NCBI GenBank assembly: GCA_032718475.1
Contig: JAUCBJ010008233.1
Location: 1 to 42,462, forward strand
From: Nemertoderma westbladi
Lineage: Eukaryota > Animalia > Xenacoelomorpha
Direction: 5' to 3'
DNA: 42,462 nt
Shown here: in pieces, positions 10,453 through 23,081 of the stretch
Layout: every line of letters starts with the position of its first letter
How positions within the stretch are numbered: the stretch's first letter is position 1
Notes under the pieces: generated by a model
What the model saw: the letters and a program-made list of their open reading frames with translations, nothing else
Told to the model about the DNA's origin: nothing
Databases searched by the model: none
Translations under genes and position numbers: made by a program

Positions 10453-10603
10453 TAGACACTACTTTAGACATTAGTGCCTACGCCAACCCAGCGGTATAAT
10501 GAGAACCTAGCTTTGCTGGGGTAATGATAATAAAAGCGCTTTGAGTATGCTGAGCGTAGAAAAGCGCTATATAAATAACCAATATTATTATTATTATTAT
10601 TAT
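10453..10603 (+). mobile_element. L2-type 3' tail, copy 2 (from an 852-bp tandem duplication)
   Basis: Identical to 9601-9751 at offset 852, with the same surrounding satellite variants. Confidence 0.8.
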
Positions 10604-10947
10604 TACCTTCGGGTAGCAGATAGGAGTAGCGCCCACCCCTACCTTCGGGTAGCAGATAGGAGTAGCGTCCACCCCTACCCTCGGGTAGCAGATAGGAGTA
10701 GCGCCAACCCCTACCTTCGGGTTGCAGCAGATGGAGTAGTGCCCACCCCTACCTTCGGGTAGCAGATAGGAGTAGTGCCCACCCCTACCTTCGGGTAGCA
10801 GCAGATGGAGTAGTGCCCACCCCTACCTCGGGTAGCAACTATCGAAAGAGGAGCCTTCGGGTCGCATCCGGCTTTGGGTTACTCTTTGCTTTTTATCTAT
10901 AAACTAAATGAGAAATGAAATAATTGAAGTAAATGTATATCGTGTAG

Positions 10948-11178
10948 AATTCAACATTAAAGAAAGAGGAACAACCCAGTGCCGACACGGATGAAGGGTT
11001 TAACATTGAGTGTTCAGATGATACTGAAGTGGTAACCAATAACGACGTGGTTGTTTCTCCTTCTGTATCAAGGGTTGATGATTCCCAAGTAGAAGTGTCT
11101 CCTAGTGAACCTCCTGTTGATGCTGATGATGTGGGCAAATCGAAGGAGTTACGCAACAGTGAAGTAGAAACACCAGAG
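10948..11178 (+). CDS. SLK: Host exon (77 codons, phase 0-0), acidic linker of an SLK/STK10-like kinase
   Basis: tgtag|AAT TCA ACA...CCA GAG|gttagt; open frame NSTLKKEEQPSADTDEG...SEVETPE; phase matches the next exon. The acceptor pyrimidine tract is weak, and the gene assignment rests on linkage to the 16037 exon. Confidence 0.65.
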
Positions 11179-11439
11179 GTTAGTTATTATCGATCGAATT
11201 TTTTTTCATTGTCGATCATTTTCTTACTATAGAATATCAATCATTTTTAACAAAAAATTTCAACAGCAATTTTTGAATAATTTTCATTTTCCCGTAATTT
11301 TGAAATGTTACAATTTTGGAATAAAATTACTGGTACATACAGTGTACTAATACTCATCTACATTTCTACTCACTCAAACCATTCATTTTTTATCTGAATG
11401 CAACAGAACGCCCTTACCAGTATACTGTGTATGTGTATT

Positions 11440-11869
11440 ATTAACCGCCACTTTTGTAATTTCTTTAAACCGCCAGTTTAAAAGGAATGATTTCTCACTA
11501 AAACCGGCAGTTAGTTAACCGCCATTTTGTATTTCTTGTTTCTTCAAACCGCCGGTTAATGGGAAATTATTACTTTGAAAAACCGGCATTTTTCCGAATA
11601 TAACCGCCACTTTTGTAATTTTCTTCAAACCGCCAGTTTTAAAGGAATGATTTCTCACTAAAACCGGCACTAGCATGATATAACCAACTGTTTGATATTT
11701 TGACTTATATTTAACAATAAATTCACCTAAACTAACTCACTCATGAACCGACGGTTTATGAATGCCTTTGATTAACATTTTATGCTAACCCCGGTTTTGA
11801 AATTTCTACCACCAGTACTTAAATACAACCACTGGTTAAAAATTCGACCGGCACTTGGTTTTTTCAGTG
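11440..11869. mobile_element. Partial non-autonomous DNA transposon with CACTG-type terminus (CMC/EnSpm-like)
   Basis: Ends in GGTTTTTTCAGTG|TA. Has an internal ~68-bp direct repeat (11442/11601) and many AACCGC/AACCGG motifs. No left TIR was found. Confidence 0.45.
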
Positions 11870-12162
11870 TAGTGCCACTTACGTTACACACATACATTTT
11901 TTTTTAATAGTTAACATTTATTACCTTCTTTTTACTTTAACTTTTAAATTTTTCTAATAGTAACCAATAAATAACTGAAAAACTATTTTATATTTTTCAT
12001 TGGTATTAATCTAGAATCATCAATAATCGAACGCTAATTTCAGGAAATTAATACCATAAAATGATTTACAGTAGACCTTACAGATCTCCATTTACAAATC
12101 ATGATTTTTGTTTGTTTGAATTAATTGTCCGGGTCCCATGCAAATATAGATAACCACCATAA

Positions 12163-12636
12163 AGGGGCATCCATAAAGGACGTCCGAGGTCAGGGGGAAA
12201 TTGGGTCTGCGAAATCCGGACATTTTCGGGCAGGGGGGTGGGGGTTGGCTATAAATACGGACGTCCGATTTTTGTATTTTCTATATTTACCATAATATAT
12301 GCTATAATATTAATTTATCACTGAAATAAAAATGGGCTACCAGATTTGCAATACCAGTAGAGTCCGATTAAATAGCCACTTATTGTTGGCATTAATATAT
12401 TGGTTGGGGACAGACCTACATTATTTCGTGTTATTAAGCCTTCGTTTACACTAGACTGACTGTACGATCTCCAAAACTATTTTTTTTGTCGACTTTTTTG
12501 TATTGTAAATTCGGACGTCCGAGTTGGGAGGGGGGGGGGGGGGGGGGGGTGTTATTGGCAAAAACCGGACAATCTTGGACAGGGGGAGGGGTCTGAAAAT
12601 CGGGAATTTACTCGGAGGTCCTTTATGGGTGCCCCC
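12163..12636. mobile_element. PIF/Harbinger-type MITE (474 bp)
   Basis: TIRs AGGGGCATCCATAAAGGACGTCCGAG / CTCGGAGGTCCTTTATGGGTGCCCCC; TAA TSD at 12160-12162 and 12637-12639. Confidence 0.9.
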
Positions 12637-12658
12637 TAAGTTACTGAAGGAACCAGAA

Positions 12659-12940
12659 GGTTCAGGTTGTCTAGGTGGTTAGAGCGTCGGTCCTCCAACC
12701 GGTAGGTCTTGAGTTCGAACCCCAGAAAAGGAACAGCTCAGTTTTCTTTAAGCCGTTTATTCTTAGGGACTATCTGTAATGGGAATAAAAGGGTTGGAGT
12801 GTGAGTCATGGGTTCTTGGGAGTTAGTTAGTGTGGCACCCTCCATAACCAGATGCACAAGGCACCACCACACACACAAGTAAATGGAGCTGACAAGTAAA
12901 CACACAAGTAAATACGGACGGCACACTTCGTGCCACCAGA
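12659..12940 (+). mobile_element. tRNA-derived SINE whose 3' tail runs into the 49-bp array
   Basis: A-box-like TGTCTAGGTGGTTAGAGCG (~12668), B box GAGTTCGAACCCC (12711-12723). The body leads to a GGCAC-N5-GTGCC hairpin, and an A-rich end (AAAAAGAAA) follows the array. Confidence 0.7.
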
Positions 12941-14862
12941 CACACAAGTAAATAGAGCTGACACGGACGGCACACTTAGTGCCACCAGACACACAAGTAA
13001 ATAGAGCTGACACGGACGGCACACTTAGTGCCACCAGACACACAAGTAAATAGAGCTGATACGGACGGCACACTTAGTGTCACCAGACACACAAGTAAAT
13101 AGAGCTGACACGGACGGCACACTTAGTGCCACCAGACACACAAGTAAATAGAGCTGACACGGACGGCACACTTAGTGCCACCAGACACACAAGTAAATAG
13201 AGCTGATACGGACGGCACACTTAGTGCCACCGGACACACAAGTAAATAGAGCTGACACGGACGGCACACTTAGTGCCACCAGACACACAAGTAAATAGAG
13301 CTGACACGGACGGCACACTTAGTGCCACCAGACACACAAGTAAATAATAGAGCTGACACGGACGGCACACTTAGTGCCACCACACACACAAGTAAATAGA
13401 GCTGACACGGACGGCACACTTAGTGCCACCACACACACAAGTAAATAGAGCTGACACGGACGGCACACTTAGTGCCACCAGACACACAAGTAAATAGAGC
13501 TGACACGGACGGCACACTTAGTGCCACCAGACACACAAGTAAATAGAGCTGACACGGACGGCACACTTAGTGCCACCGGACACACAAGTAAATAGAGCTG
13601 ACACGGACGGCACACTTAGTGCCACCGGACACACAAGTAAATAGAGCTGACACGGACGGCACACTTAGTGCCACCAGACACACAAGTAAATAGAGCTGAC
13701 ACGGACGGCACACTTAGTGCCACCAGACACACAAGTAAATAGAGCTGACACGGACGGCACACTTAGTGCCACCAGACACACAAGTAAATAGAGCTGACAC
13801 GGACGGCACACTTAGTGCCACCAGACACACAAGTAAATAGAGCTGACACGGACGGCACACTTAGTGCCACCAGACACACAAGTAAATAGAGCTGACACGG
13901 ACGGCACACTTAGTGCCACCAGACACACAAGTAAATAGAGCTGACACGGACGGCACACTTAGTGCCACCAGACACACAAGTAAATAGAGCTGACACGGAC
14001 GGCACACTTAGTGCCACCAGACACACAAGTAAATAGAGCTGACACGGACGGCACACTTAGTGCCACCAGACACACAAGTAAATAGAGCTGACACGGACGG
14101 CACACTTAGTGCCACCAGACACACAAGTAAATAGAGCTGACACGGACGGCACACTTAGTGCCACCAGACACACAAGTAAATAGAGCTGACACGGACGGCA
14201 CACCTAGTGCCACCAGACACACAAGTAAATAGAGCTGACACGGACGGCACACTTAGTGCCACCAGACACACAAGTAAATAGAGCTGACACGGACGGCACA
14301 CTTAGTGCCACCAGACACACAAGTAAATAGAGCTGACACGGACGGCACACTTAGTGCCACCAGACACACAAGTAAATAGAGCTGACACGGACGGCACACT
14401 TAGTGCCACCAGACACACAAGTAAATAGAGCTGACACGGACGGCACACTTAGTGCCACCAGACACACAAGTAAATAGAGCTGACACGGACGGCACACTTA
14501 GTGCCACCAGACACACAAGTAAATAGAGCTGACACGGACGGCACACTTAGTGCCACCAGACACACAAGTAAATAGAGCTGACACGGACGGCACACTTAGT
14601 GCCACCGGACACACAAGTAAATAGAGCTGACACGGACGGCACACTTAGTGCCACCAGACACACAAGTAAATACGGACGGCACACTTAGTGCCACCAGACA
14701 CACAAGTAAATACGGACGGCACACTTAGTGCCACCAGACACACAAGTAAATACGGACGGCACAGTTAGTGCCACCAGACACACAAGTAAATACGGACGGC
14801 ACACTTAGTGCCACCAGACACACAAGTAAATACGGACGGCACACTTAGTGCCACCAGACACA
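12901..14862 (+). repeat. 49-bp (~35 copies) and 40-bp (first and last five copies) minisatellite
   Basis: Unit CACACAAGTAAATAGAGCTGACACGGACGGCACACTTAGTGCCACCAGA, near-identical copies. The 40-bp form lacks 9 bp. Confidence 0.97.
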
Positions 14863-14968
14863 AAAAGAAATTAGCGACGGACAAGTTACGCTCATAGTTG
14901 ATCAGTAAACAAGGAACGACTGCACATACACAATAAACGCTCACTAAATTCCTGTAAACCCTTTGTAG

Positions 14969-15682
14969 GTGTCAGATCCGGCCTTACCAAGCGGGATCCA
15001 GTCTGCCGCCACACAACCGCGGCTCTCCATTGCAACAGCCACACCTCCACCGCCGCCCGCATTCCGAGACGATCACTCATCTCCCGCACCCACGACAACG
15101 GGCAGCCCGACTGGGGCCAAGAGGACCTCGGTAATGGATTCCGTGAAGTTATTCGAATCTACCGCCGGTGACGGTGAATCTTCAACGGACACTGATCCCT
15201 CAACCCCTGCGGGTGGTGACGTCACTGGGACCACTCGCGGTGACGTAATCCGGCCGTCATTGGTTGGGGTCGCCATAATTCCTCCCCCCGAGGAGTTTGG
15301 GGACCGGGATTCCCCGCCCCCCGAGCCCCCCGCCAAGGACTACCCGAGGGGGGGCTCGGTGGACCTGCTGCGGGGGGAACTGGACCAGCTGGGCCAGGCC
15401 CTGGGGGCGCGGTTTGTGGACGAGCCGCAGGATGGCGCTGCGCAGGACGCGGACGACGCGGTTCGGCTGCTGGACTCCGTGATCCGCGCTGCCGAGGCCG
15501 AGACCGCGTCCTCTCCGCTCGGGTCCCCGGTCGCCACTTCCCCTAGCCAGCCCAAGGGGGCGCCTCGACCAGTCAGAGTAAGTCAATCCAAGGGCGGAGT
15601 TGCTAGCCACCTACCGGTTGCAAATGGAACTGTAAAATCAACAGCCAGTGCCGATTCTACCGCCGACAGCGTATCATCTATG
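14969..15682 (+). CDS. SLK: Host exon (238 codons, phase 0-0), Pro/Ser/Thr/Asp-rich linker of an SLK/STK10-like kinase
   Basis: Branch-like CACTAAA, then ccctttgtag|GTG TCA GAT...TCT ATG|gtaagt. 714 bp, open, GC-rich and coding-like; in phase with both neighbouring exons. Confidence 0.85.
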
Positions 15683-16036
15683 GTAAGTCTTTGTGTCAGG
15701 GGGCTAATCTCTCCCCTTACTAAGTAGTATGTTTTGTTTACAAAGTTACTTTGCCAGGAATTCTGGAGTGTTAGTTGGATATGGAGTGTATAAATTAAGG
15801 TGTTGGGTGTTAATATATTATTCTTTATTTCTTTACATGAATGGACAATTAGGTTTTTTTCTAGGTTTTTTTCTAAGTCCTATTTTGAACAAACTGCTAT
15901 AGGTTACAGTTTGATTCAGTTCGAGGATACATTTTATGCATTTACTTTTAATAAAAATACAAATCTTATAATTTTAACTTGTGATTTGGTCCAAATTTCA
16001 TTATGTATTTATTTATTTATCTTATTGTTTTTTTAG

Positions 16037-16182
16037 GCCGACCGCTCTGCAAAATACAAGAGTTTGAAGAGAACTCGAAAGTTTGTGGTTGATGGTGTTG
16101 AAAGGACGACCACCACTCAAAAAGTTGTGCCAACAAACGCCGACGGTAGAAATAGAACCAGGGCTGAGGTGTATAACGCCAG
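16037..16182 (+). CDS. SLK: Host exon with the SLK/STK10/Slik motif preceding the C-terminal coiled-coil region
   Basis: ttttttttag|GCC GAC CGC... translates as [48 protein letters not shown](R), matching the recalled STK10/SLK motif [22 protein letters not shown]. The best donor is CAG|GTTGGT at 16183 (phase 2). This exon is not in the ORF track. Confidence 0.88.
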
Positions 16183-19100
16183 GTTGGTATAGAGAGATAG
16201 AACCAGGGCTGAGGTGTATAACGCCAGGTTGGTATAGAGAGATAGAACCAGGGCTGAGGTGTATAACGCCAGGTTGGTATAGAGAGATAGAACCAGGGCT
16301 GAGGTGTATAACGCCATGTTGGTATAGAGAGATAGAACCAGGGCTCAGGTGTATAACGCCATGTTGGTATAGAGAGATATAGAACCAGGGCTGAGGTGTA
16401 TAACGCCAGGTTGGTAGAGAGAGATAGAACCAGGGCTGAGGTGTATAACGCCAGGTTGGTAGAGAGAGAGATAGAACCAGGGCTGAGGTGTATAACGCCA
16501 GGTTGGTAGAGATAGAACCAGTGCTGAGGTGTATAACGCCAGGTTGGTTGAGAGAGAGATAGAACCAGGGCTGAGGTGTATAACGCCAGGTTGGTAGAGA
16601 GAGAGATAGAACCAGGGCTGAGGTGTATAACGCCAGGTTGGTAGAGAGAGAGATAGAACCAGGGCTGAGGTGTATAACGCCAGGTTGGTTAAGAGAGAGA
16701 TAGAACCAGGGCTGAGGTGTATAACGCCAGGTTGGTAGAGAGAGATAGAACCAGGGCTGAGGTGTATAACGCCAGGTTGGTAGAGAGAGAGATAGAACCA
16801 GGGCTGAGGTGTATAACGCCAGGTTGGTAGAGATAGAACCAGTGCTGAGGTGTATAACGCCAGGTTGGTTGAGAGAGAGATAGAACCAGGGCTGAGGTGT
16901 ATAACGCCAGGTTGGTAGAGAGAGAGATAGAACCAGGGCTGAGGTGTATAACGCCAGGTTGGTAGAGAGAGAGATAGAACCAGGGCTGAGGTGTATAACG
17001 CCAGGTTGGTAGAGAGAGATAGAACCAGGGCTGAGGTGTATAACGCCAGGTTGGTAGAGATAGAACCAGTGCTGAGGTGTATAACGCCAGGTTGGTTGAG
17101 AGAGAGATAGAACCAGGGCTGAGGTGTATAACGCCAGGTTGGTAGAGAGAGAGATAGAACCAGGGCTGAGGTGTATAACGCCAGGTTGGTAGAGAGAGAT
17201 AGAACCAGGGCTGAGGTGTATAACGCCAGGTTGGTAGAGATAGAACCAGTGCTGAGGTGTATAACGCCAGGTTGGTTGAGAGAGAGATAGAACCAGGGCT
17301 GAGGTGTATAACGCCAGGTTGGTAGAGAGAGAGATAGAACCAGGGCTGAGGTGTATAACGCCAGGTTGGTAGAGATAGAAACAGGGCTGAGGTGTATAAC
17401 GCCAGGTTGGTAGAGAGAGAGATAGAACCAGGGCTGAGGTGTATAACGCCAGGTTGGTAGAGATAGAAACAGGGCTGAGGTGTATAACGCCAGGTTGGTA
17501 GAGAGAGATAGAACCAGGGCTGAGGTGTATAACGCCATGTTGGTAGAGAGAGATAGAACCAGGGCTGAGGTGTATAACGCCAGGTTGGTAGAGAGAGATA
17601 GAACCAGGGCTGAGGTGTATAACGCCATGTTGGTAGAGAGAGATAGAACCAGGGCTGAGGTGTATAACGCCATGTTGGTAGAGAGAGATAGAACCAGGGC
17701 TGAGGTGTATAACGCCAGGTTGGTAGAGATAGAAACAGGGCTGAGGTGTATAACGCCAGGTTGGTAGAGAGAGATAGAACCAGGGCTGAGGTGTATAACG
17801 CCATGTTGGTAGAGAGAGATAGAACCAGGGCTGAGGTGTATAACGCCAGGTTGGTAGAGATAGAACCAGGGCTGAGGTGTATAACGCCAGGTTGGTTAAG
17901 AGAGAGATAGAACCAGGGCTCAGGTGTATAACGCCAGGTTGGTGAGAAAGAGATAGAACCAGGGCTGAGGTGTATAACGCCAGGTTGGTAGAGATAGAAA
18001 CAGGGCTGAGGTGTATAACGCCAGGTTGGTATAGGGAGAGATAGAACCAGGGCTGAGGTGTATAACGCCAGGTTGGTATAGGGAGAGATAGAACCTGGGC
18101 TGAGGTGTATAACGCCAGGTTGGTAGAGAGAGATAGAACCAGGGCTGAGGTGTATAACGCCATGTTGGTATAGAGAGATAGAACCAGGGCTGAGGTGTAT
18201 AACGCCAGGTTGGTAGAGAGAGATAGAACCAGGGCTGAGGTGTATAACGCCATGTTGGTAGAGAGAGATAGAACCAGGGCTGAGGTGTATAACGCCATGT
18301 TGGTAGAGAGAGATAGAACCAGGGCTGACGTGTATAACGCCAGGTTGGTATAGGGAGAGATAGAACCTGGGCTGAGGTGTATAACGCCATGTTGGTTGAG
18401 ATAGAGATAGAACCAGGGCTGAGGTGTATAACGCCAGGTTGGTAGAGAGAGATAGAACCAGGGCTGAGGTGTATAACGCCAGGTTGGTATAGGGAGAGAT
18501 AGAACCTGGGCTGAGGTGTATAACGCCATGTTGGTTGAGAGAGAGATAGAACCAGGGCTGAGGTGTATAACGCCAGGTTGGTAGAGAGAGATAGAACCAG
18601 GGCTGAGGTGTATAACGCCAGGTTGGTAGAGAGAGATAGAACCAGGGCTGAGGTGTATAACGCCAGGTTGGTTGAGAGAGAGAGAGATAGAACCAGGGCT
18701 CAGGTGTATAACGCCATGTTGGTAGAGAGAGATAGAACCAGGGCTGAGGTGTATAACGCCAGGTTGGTAGAGAGAGATAGAACCAGGGCTGAGGTGTATA
18801 ACGCCAGGTTGGTATAGAGAGATAGAACCACGGCTGAGGTGTATAACGCCATGTTGGTAGAGAGAGATAGAACCAGGGCTGAGGTGTATAACGCCAGGTT
18901 GGTAGAGAGAGATAGAACCAGGGCTGAGGTGTATAACGCCAGGTTGGTATAGGGAGAGATAGAACCTGGGCTGAGGTGTATAACGCCAGGTTGGTTGAGA
19001 GATAGATAGAACCAGGGCTGAGGTGTATAACGCCAGGTTGGTAGAGAGAGATAGAACCAGGGCTGAGGTGTATAACGCCATGTTGGTAGAGATAGAACCT

Positions 19101-22100
19101 GGGCTGAGGTGTATAACGCCATGTTGGTTGAGAGAGAGATAGAACCAGGGCTGAGGTGTATAACGCCAGGTTGGTAGAGAGAGATAGAACCAGGGCTGAG
19201 GTGTATAACGCCAGGTTGGTAGAGAGAGATAGAACCAGGGCTGAGGTGTATAACGCCAGGTTGGTTGAGGAGAGAGAGAGATAGAACCAGGGCTCAGGTG
19301 TATAACGCCATGTTGGTAGAGAGAGATAGAACCAGGGCTGAGGTGTATAACGCCAGGTTGGTAGAGAGAGATAGAACCAGGGCTGAGGTGTATAACGCCA
19401 GGTTGGTATAGAGAGATAGAACCAGGGCTGAGGTGTATAACGCCATGTTGGTAGAGAGAGATAGAACCAGGGCTGAGGTGTATAACGCCAGGTTGGTAGA
19501 GAGAGATAGAACCAGGGCTGAGGTGTATAACGCCAGGTTGGTAGAGAGAGAGATAGAACCAGGGCTGAGGTGTATAACGCCAGGTTGGTAGAGAGAGATA
19601 GAACCAGGGCTGAGGTGTATAACGCCAGGTTGGTAGAGAGAGATAGAACCAGGGCTGAGGTGTATAACGCCAGGTTGGTATAGGAGAGATAGAACCAGGG
19701 CTGAGGTGTATAACGCCATGTTGGTGAGAGAGAGATAGAACCAGGGCTGAGGTGTATAACGCCAGGTTGGTAGAGAGAGATAGAACCAGGGCTGAGGTGT
19801 ATAACGCCAGGTTGGTAGAGAGAGATAGAACCAGGGCTGAGGTGTATAACGCCAGGTTGGTAGAGAGAGATAGAACCAGGGCTGAGGTGTATAACGCCAG
19901 GTTGGTAGAGATAGAACCAGGGCTGAGGTGTATAACGCCATGTTGGTAAGGAGATAGAACCAGGGCTGAGGTGTATAACGCCAGGTTGGTAGAGAGAGAG
20001 ATAGAACCAGGGCTGAGGTGTATAACGCCAGGTTGGTAGAGAGAGATAGAACCAGGGCTGAGGTGTATAACGCCAGGTTGGTAGAGAGAGATAGAACCAG
20101 GGCTGAGGTGTATAACGCCATGTTGGTAGAGAGAGATAGAACCAGGGCTGAGGTGTATAACGCCAGGTTGGTAAGAGAGATAGAACCAGGGCTGAGGTGT
20201 ATAACGCCAGGTTGGTAAGAGAGAGATAGAACCAGGGCTGAGGTGTATAACGCCAGGTTGGTAGAGAGAGAGATAGAACCAGGGCTGAGGTGTATAACGC
20301 CAGGTTGGTAAGAGAGAGATAGAACCAGGGCTGAGGTGTATAACGCCAGGTTGGTAGAGAGAGATAGAACCAGGGCTGAGGTGTATAACGCCAGGTTGGT
20401 AGAGAGAGATAGAACCAGGGCTGAGGTGTATAACGCCATGTTGGTAGAGAGAGATAGAACCAGGGCTCAGGTGTATAACGCCAGGTTGGTAAGAGAGATA
20501 GAACCAGGGCTGAGGTGTATAACGCCAGGTTGGTAGAGAGAGAGATAGAACCAGGGCTGAGGTGTATAACGCCAGGTTGGTAGAGAGAGAGATAGAACCA
20601 GGGCTGAGGTGTATAACGCCATGTTGGTAGAGAGAGATAGAACCAGGGCTCAGGTGTATAACGCCATGTTGGTAGAGATAGAACCAGGGCTGAGGTGTAT
20701 AACGCCAGGTTGGTTGAGAGAGAGAGAGAACCAGGGCTGAGGTGTATAACGCCAGGTTGGTAGAGAGAGATAGAACCAGGGCTGAGGTGTATAACGCCAG
20801 GTTGGTAGAGAGAGATAGAACCAGGGCTGAGGTGTATAACGCCAGGTTGGTTGAGAGAGAGAGAGAACCAGGGCTGAGGTGTATAACGCCAGGTTGGTAG
20901 AGAGAGATAGAACCAGGGCTGAGGTGTATAACGCCAGGTTGGTAGAGAGAGATAGAACCAGGGCTGAGGTGTATAACGCCAGGTTGGTAGAGATAGAACC
21001 AGGGCTGAGGTGTATAACGCCAGGTTGGTTGAGAGAGAGAGAGAACCAGGGCTGAGGTGTATAACGCCAGGTTGGTAGAGAGAGATAGAACCAGGGCTGA
21101 GGTGTATAACGCCAGGTTGGTAGAGAGAGATAGAACCAGGGCTGAGGTGTATAACGCCAGGTTGGTAGAGAGAGAGAGAACCAGGGCTGAGGTGTATAAC
21201 GCCAGGTTGGTAGAGAGAGATAGAACCAGGGCTCAGGTGTATAACGCCATGTTGGTAGAGATAGAACCAGGGCTGAGGTGTATAACGCCAGGTTGGTAGA
21301 GAGAGATAGAACCAGGGCTCAGGTGTATAACGCCATGTTGGTAGAGATAGAACCAGGGCTGCGGTGTATAACGCCAGGTTGGTAGAGATAGAACCAGGGC
21401 TGAGGTGTATAACGCCATGTTGGTATAGAGAGAGATAGAACCAGGGCTGAGGTGTATAACGCCATGTTGGTAGAGAGAGAGAGAACCAGGGCTGAGGTGT
21501 ATAACGCCAGGTTGGTAGAGAGAGATAGAACCAGGGCTCAGGTGTATAACGCCATGTTGGTAGAGATAGAACCAGGGCTGAGGTGTATAACGCCAGGTTG
21601 GTAGAGAGAGATAGAACCAGGGCTCAGGTGTATAACGCCATGTTGGTAGAGATAGAACCAGGGCTGAGGTATATAACGCCAGGTTGGTAGAGATAGAACC
21701 AGGGCTGAGGTGTATAACGCCATGTTGGTATAGAGAGAGATAGAACCAGGGCTGAGGTGTATAACGCCATGTTGGTAGAGAGAGAGATAGAACCAGGGCT
21801 GATGTGTATAACGCCATGTTGGTAGAGATAGAACCTGGGCTGAGGTGTATAACGCCAGGTTGGTAGAGATAGAACCAGGGCTGAGGTGTATAACGCCAGG
21901 TTGGTAGAGAGAGAGATAGAACCAGGGCTGAGGTGTATAACGCCAGGTTGGTAGAAGGAGAGATAGAACCAGGGCTGAGGTGTATAACGCCAGGTTGGTT
22001 GAGAGAGAGATAGAACCAGGGCTGAGGTGTATAACGCCATGTTGGTAGAGAGAGATAGAACCAGGGCTGAGGTGTATAACGCCAGGTTGGTAGAGAGAGA

Positions 22101-23081
22101 TAGAACCAGGGCTGAGGTGTATAACGCCAGGTTGGTAGAGATAGAAACAGGGCTGAGGTGTATAACGCCATGTTGGTAGAGATAGCACCAGGGCTGAGGT
22201 GTATAACGCCAGGTTGGTAGAGAGAGAGATAGAACCAGGGCTGAGGTGTATAACGCCAGGTTGGTAGAAGGAGAGATAGAACCAGGGCTGAGGTGTATAA
22301 CGCCAGGTTGGTTGAGAGAGAGATAGAACCAGGACTGAGGTGTATAACGCCATGTTGGTAGAGAGAGATAGAACCAGGGCTGAGGTGTATAACGCCATGT
22401 TGGTAGAGAGATATAGAACCAGGGCTGAGGTGTATAACGCCATGTTGGTAGAGAGAGATAGAACCAGGGCTGAGGTGTATAACGCCAGGTTGGTAGAGAG
22501 AGATAGAACCAGGGCTGAGGTGTATAACGCCAGGTTGGTTGAGAGAGAGATAGAACCAGGACTGAGGTGTATAACGCCATGTTGGTAGAGAGAGATAGAA
22601 CCAGGGCTGAGGTGTATAACGCCATGTTGGTAGAGAGATATAGAACCAGGGCTGAGGTGTATAACGCCATGTTGGTAGAGAGAGATAGAACCAGGGCTGA
22701 GGTGTATAACGCCATGTTGGTAGAGAGAGATAGAACCAGGGCTGAGGTGTATAACGCCATGTTGGTTGAGAGAGAGATAGAACCAGGGCTGAGGTGTATA
22801 ACGCCATGTTGGTAGATAGAGATAGAACCAGGGCTGAGGTGTATAACGCCAGGTTGGTAGAGAGAGAGAGAACCAGGGCTGAGGTGTATAACGCCATGTT
22901 GGTAGAGAGAGATAGAACCAGGGCTGAGGTGTATAACGCCATGTTGGTAGAGAGAGATAGAACCAGGGCTGAGGTGTATAACGCCATGTTGGTTGTGAGA
23001 GAGATAGAACCAGGGCTGAGGTGTATAACGCCAGGTTGGTAGAGATAGAACCAGTGCTGAGGTGTATAACGCCAGGTTGGT
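16145..23081 (+). repeat. 41-49-bp minisatellite (~150 units) with an embedded variable (GA)n, derived from the exon end and donor site
   Basis: Unit GGTAGA(GA)nTAGAACCAGGGCTGAGGTGTATAACGCCA(G/T)GTT. The first unit overlaps the coding exon. Confidence 0.97.

Larger units (their letters stand above)
8858..10836 (+). repeat. 36-bp minisatellite array A (~46 units), interrupted by two retroposon tails
   Basis: Unit CGGGTAGCAGATAGGAGTAGCGCCCACCCCTACCTT; the ORF track shows 12-aa periodicity. Confidence 0.97.

Noticed and set aside
12901-14862. CRISPR-like appearance (hairpin-containing regular repeats)
   Set aside because: No unique spacers, no cas genes, eukaryotic context.
15280-15570. Very GC-rich island suggesting foreign DNA
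   Set aside because: It lies within one open exon bounded by canonical splice sites.
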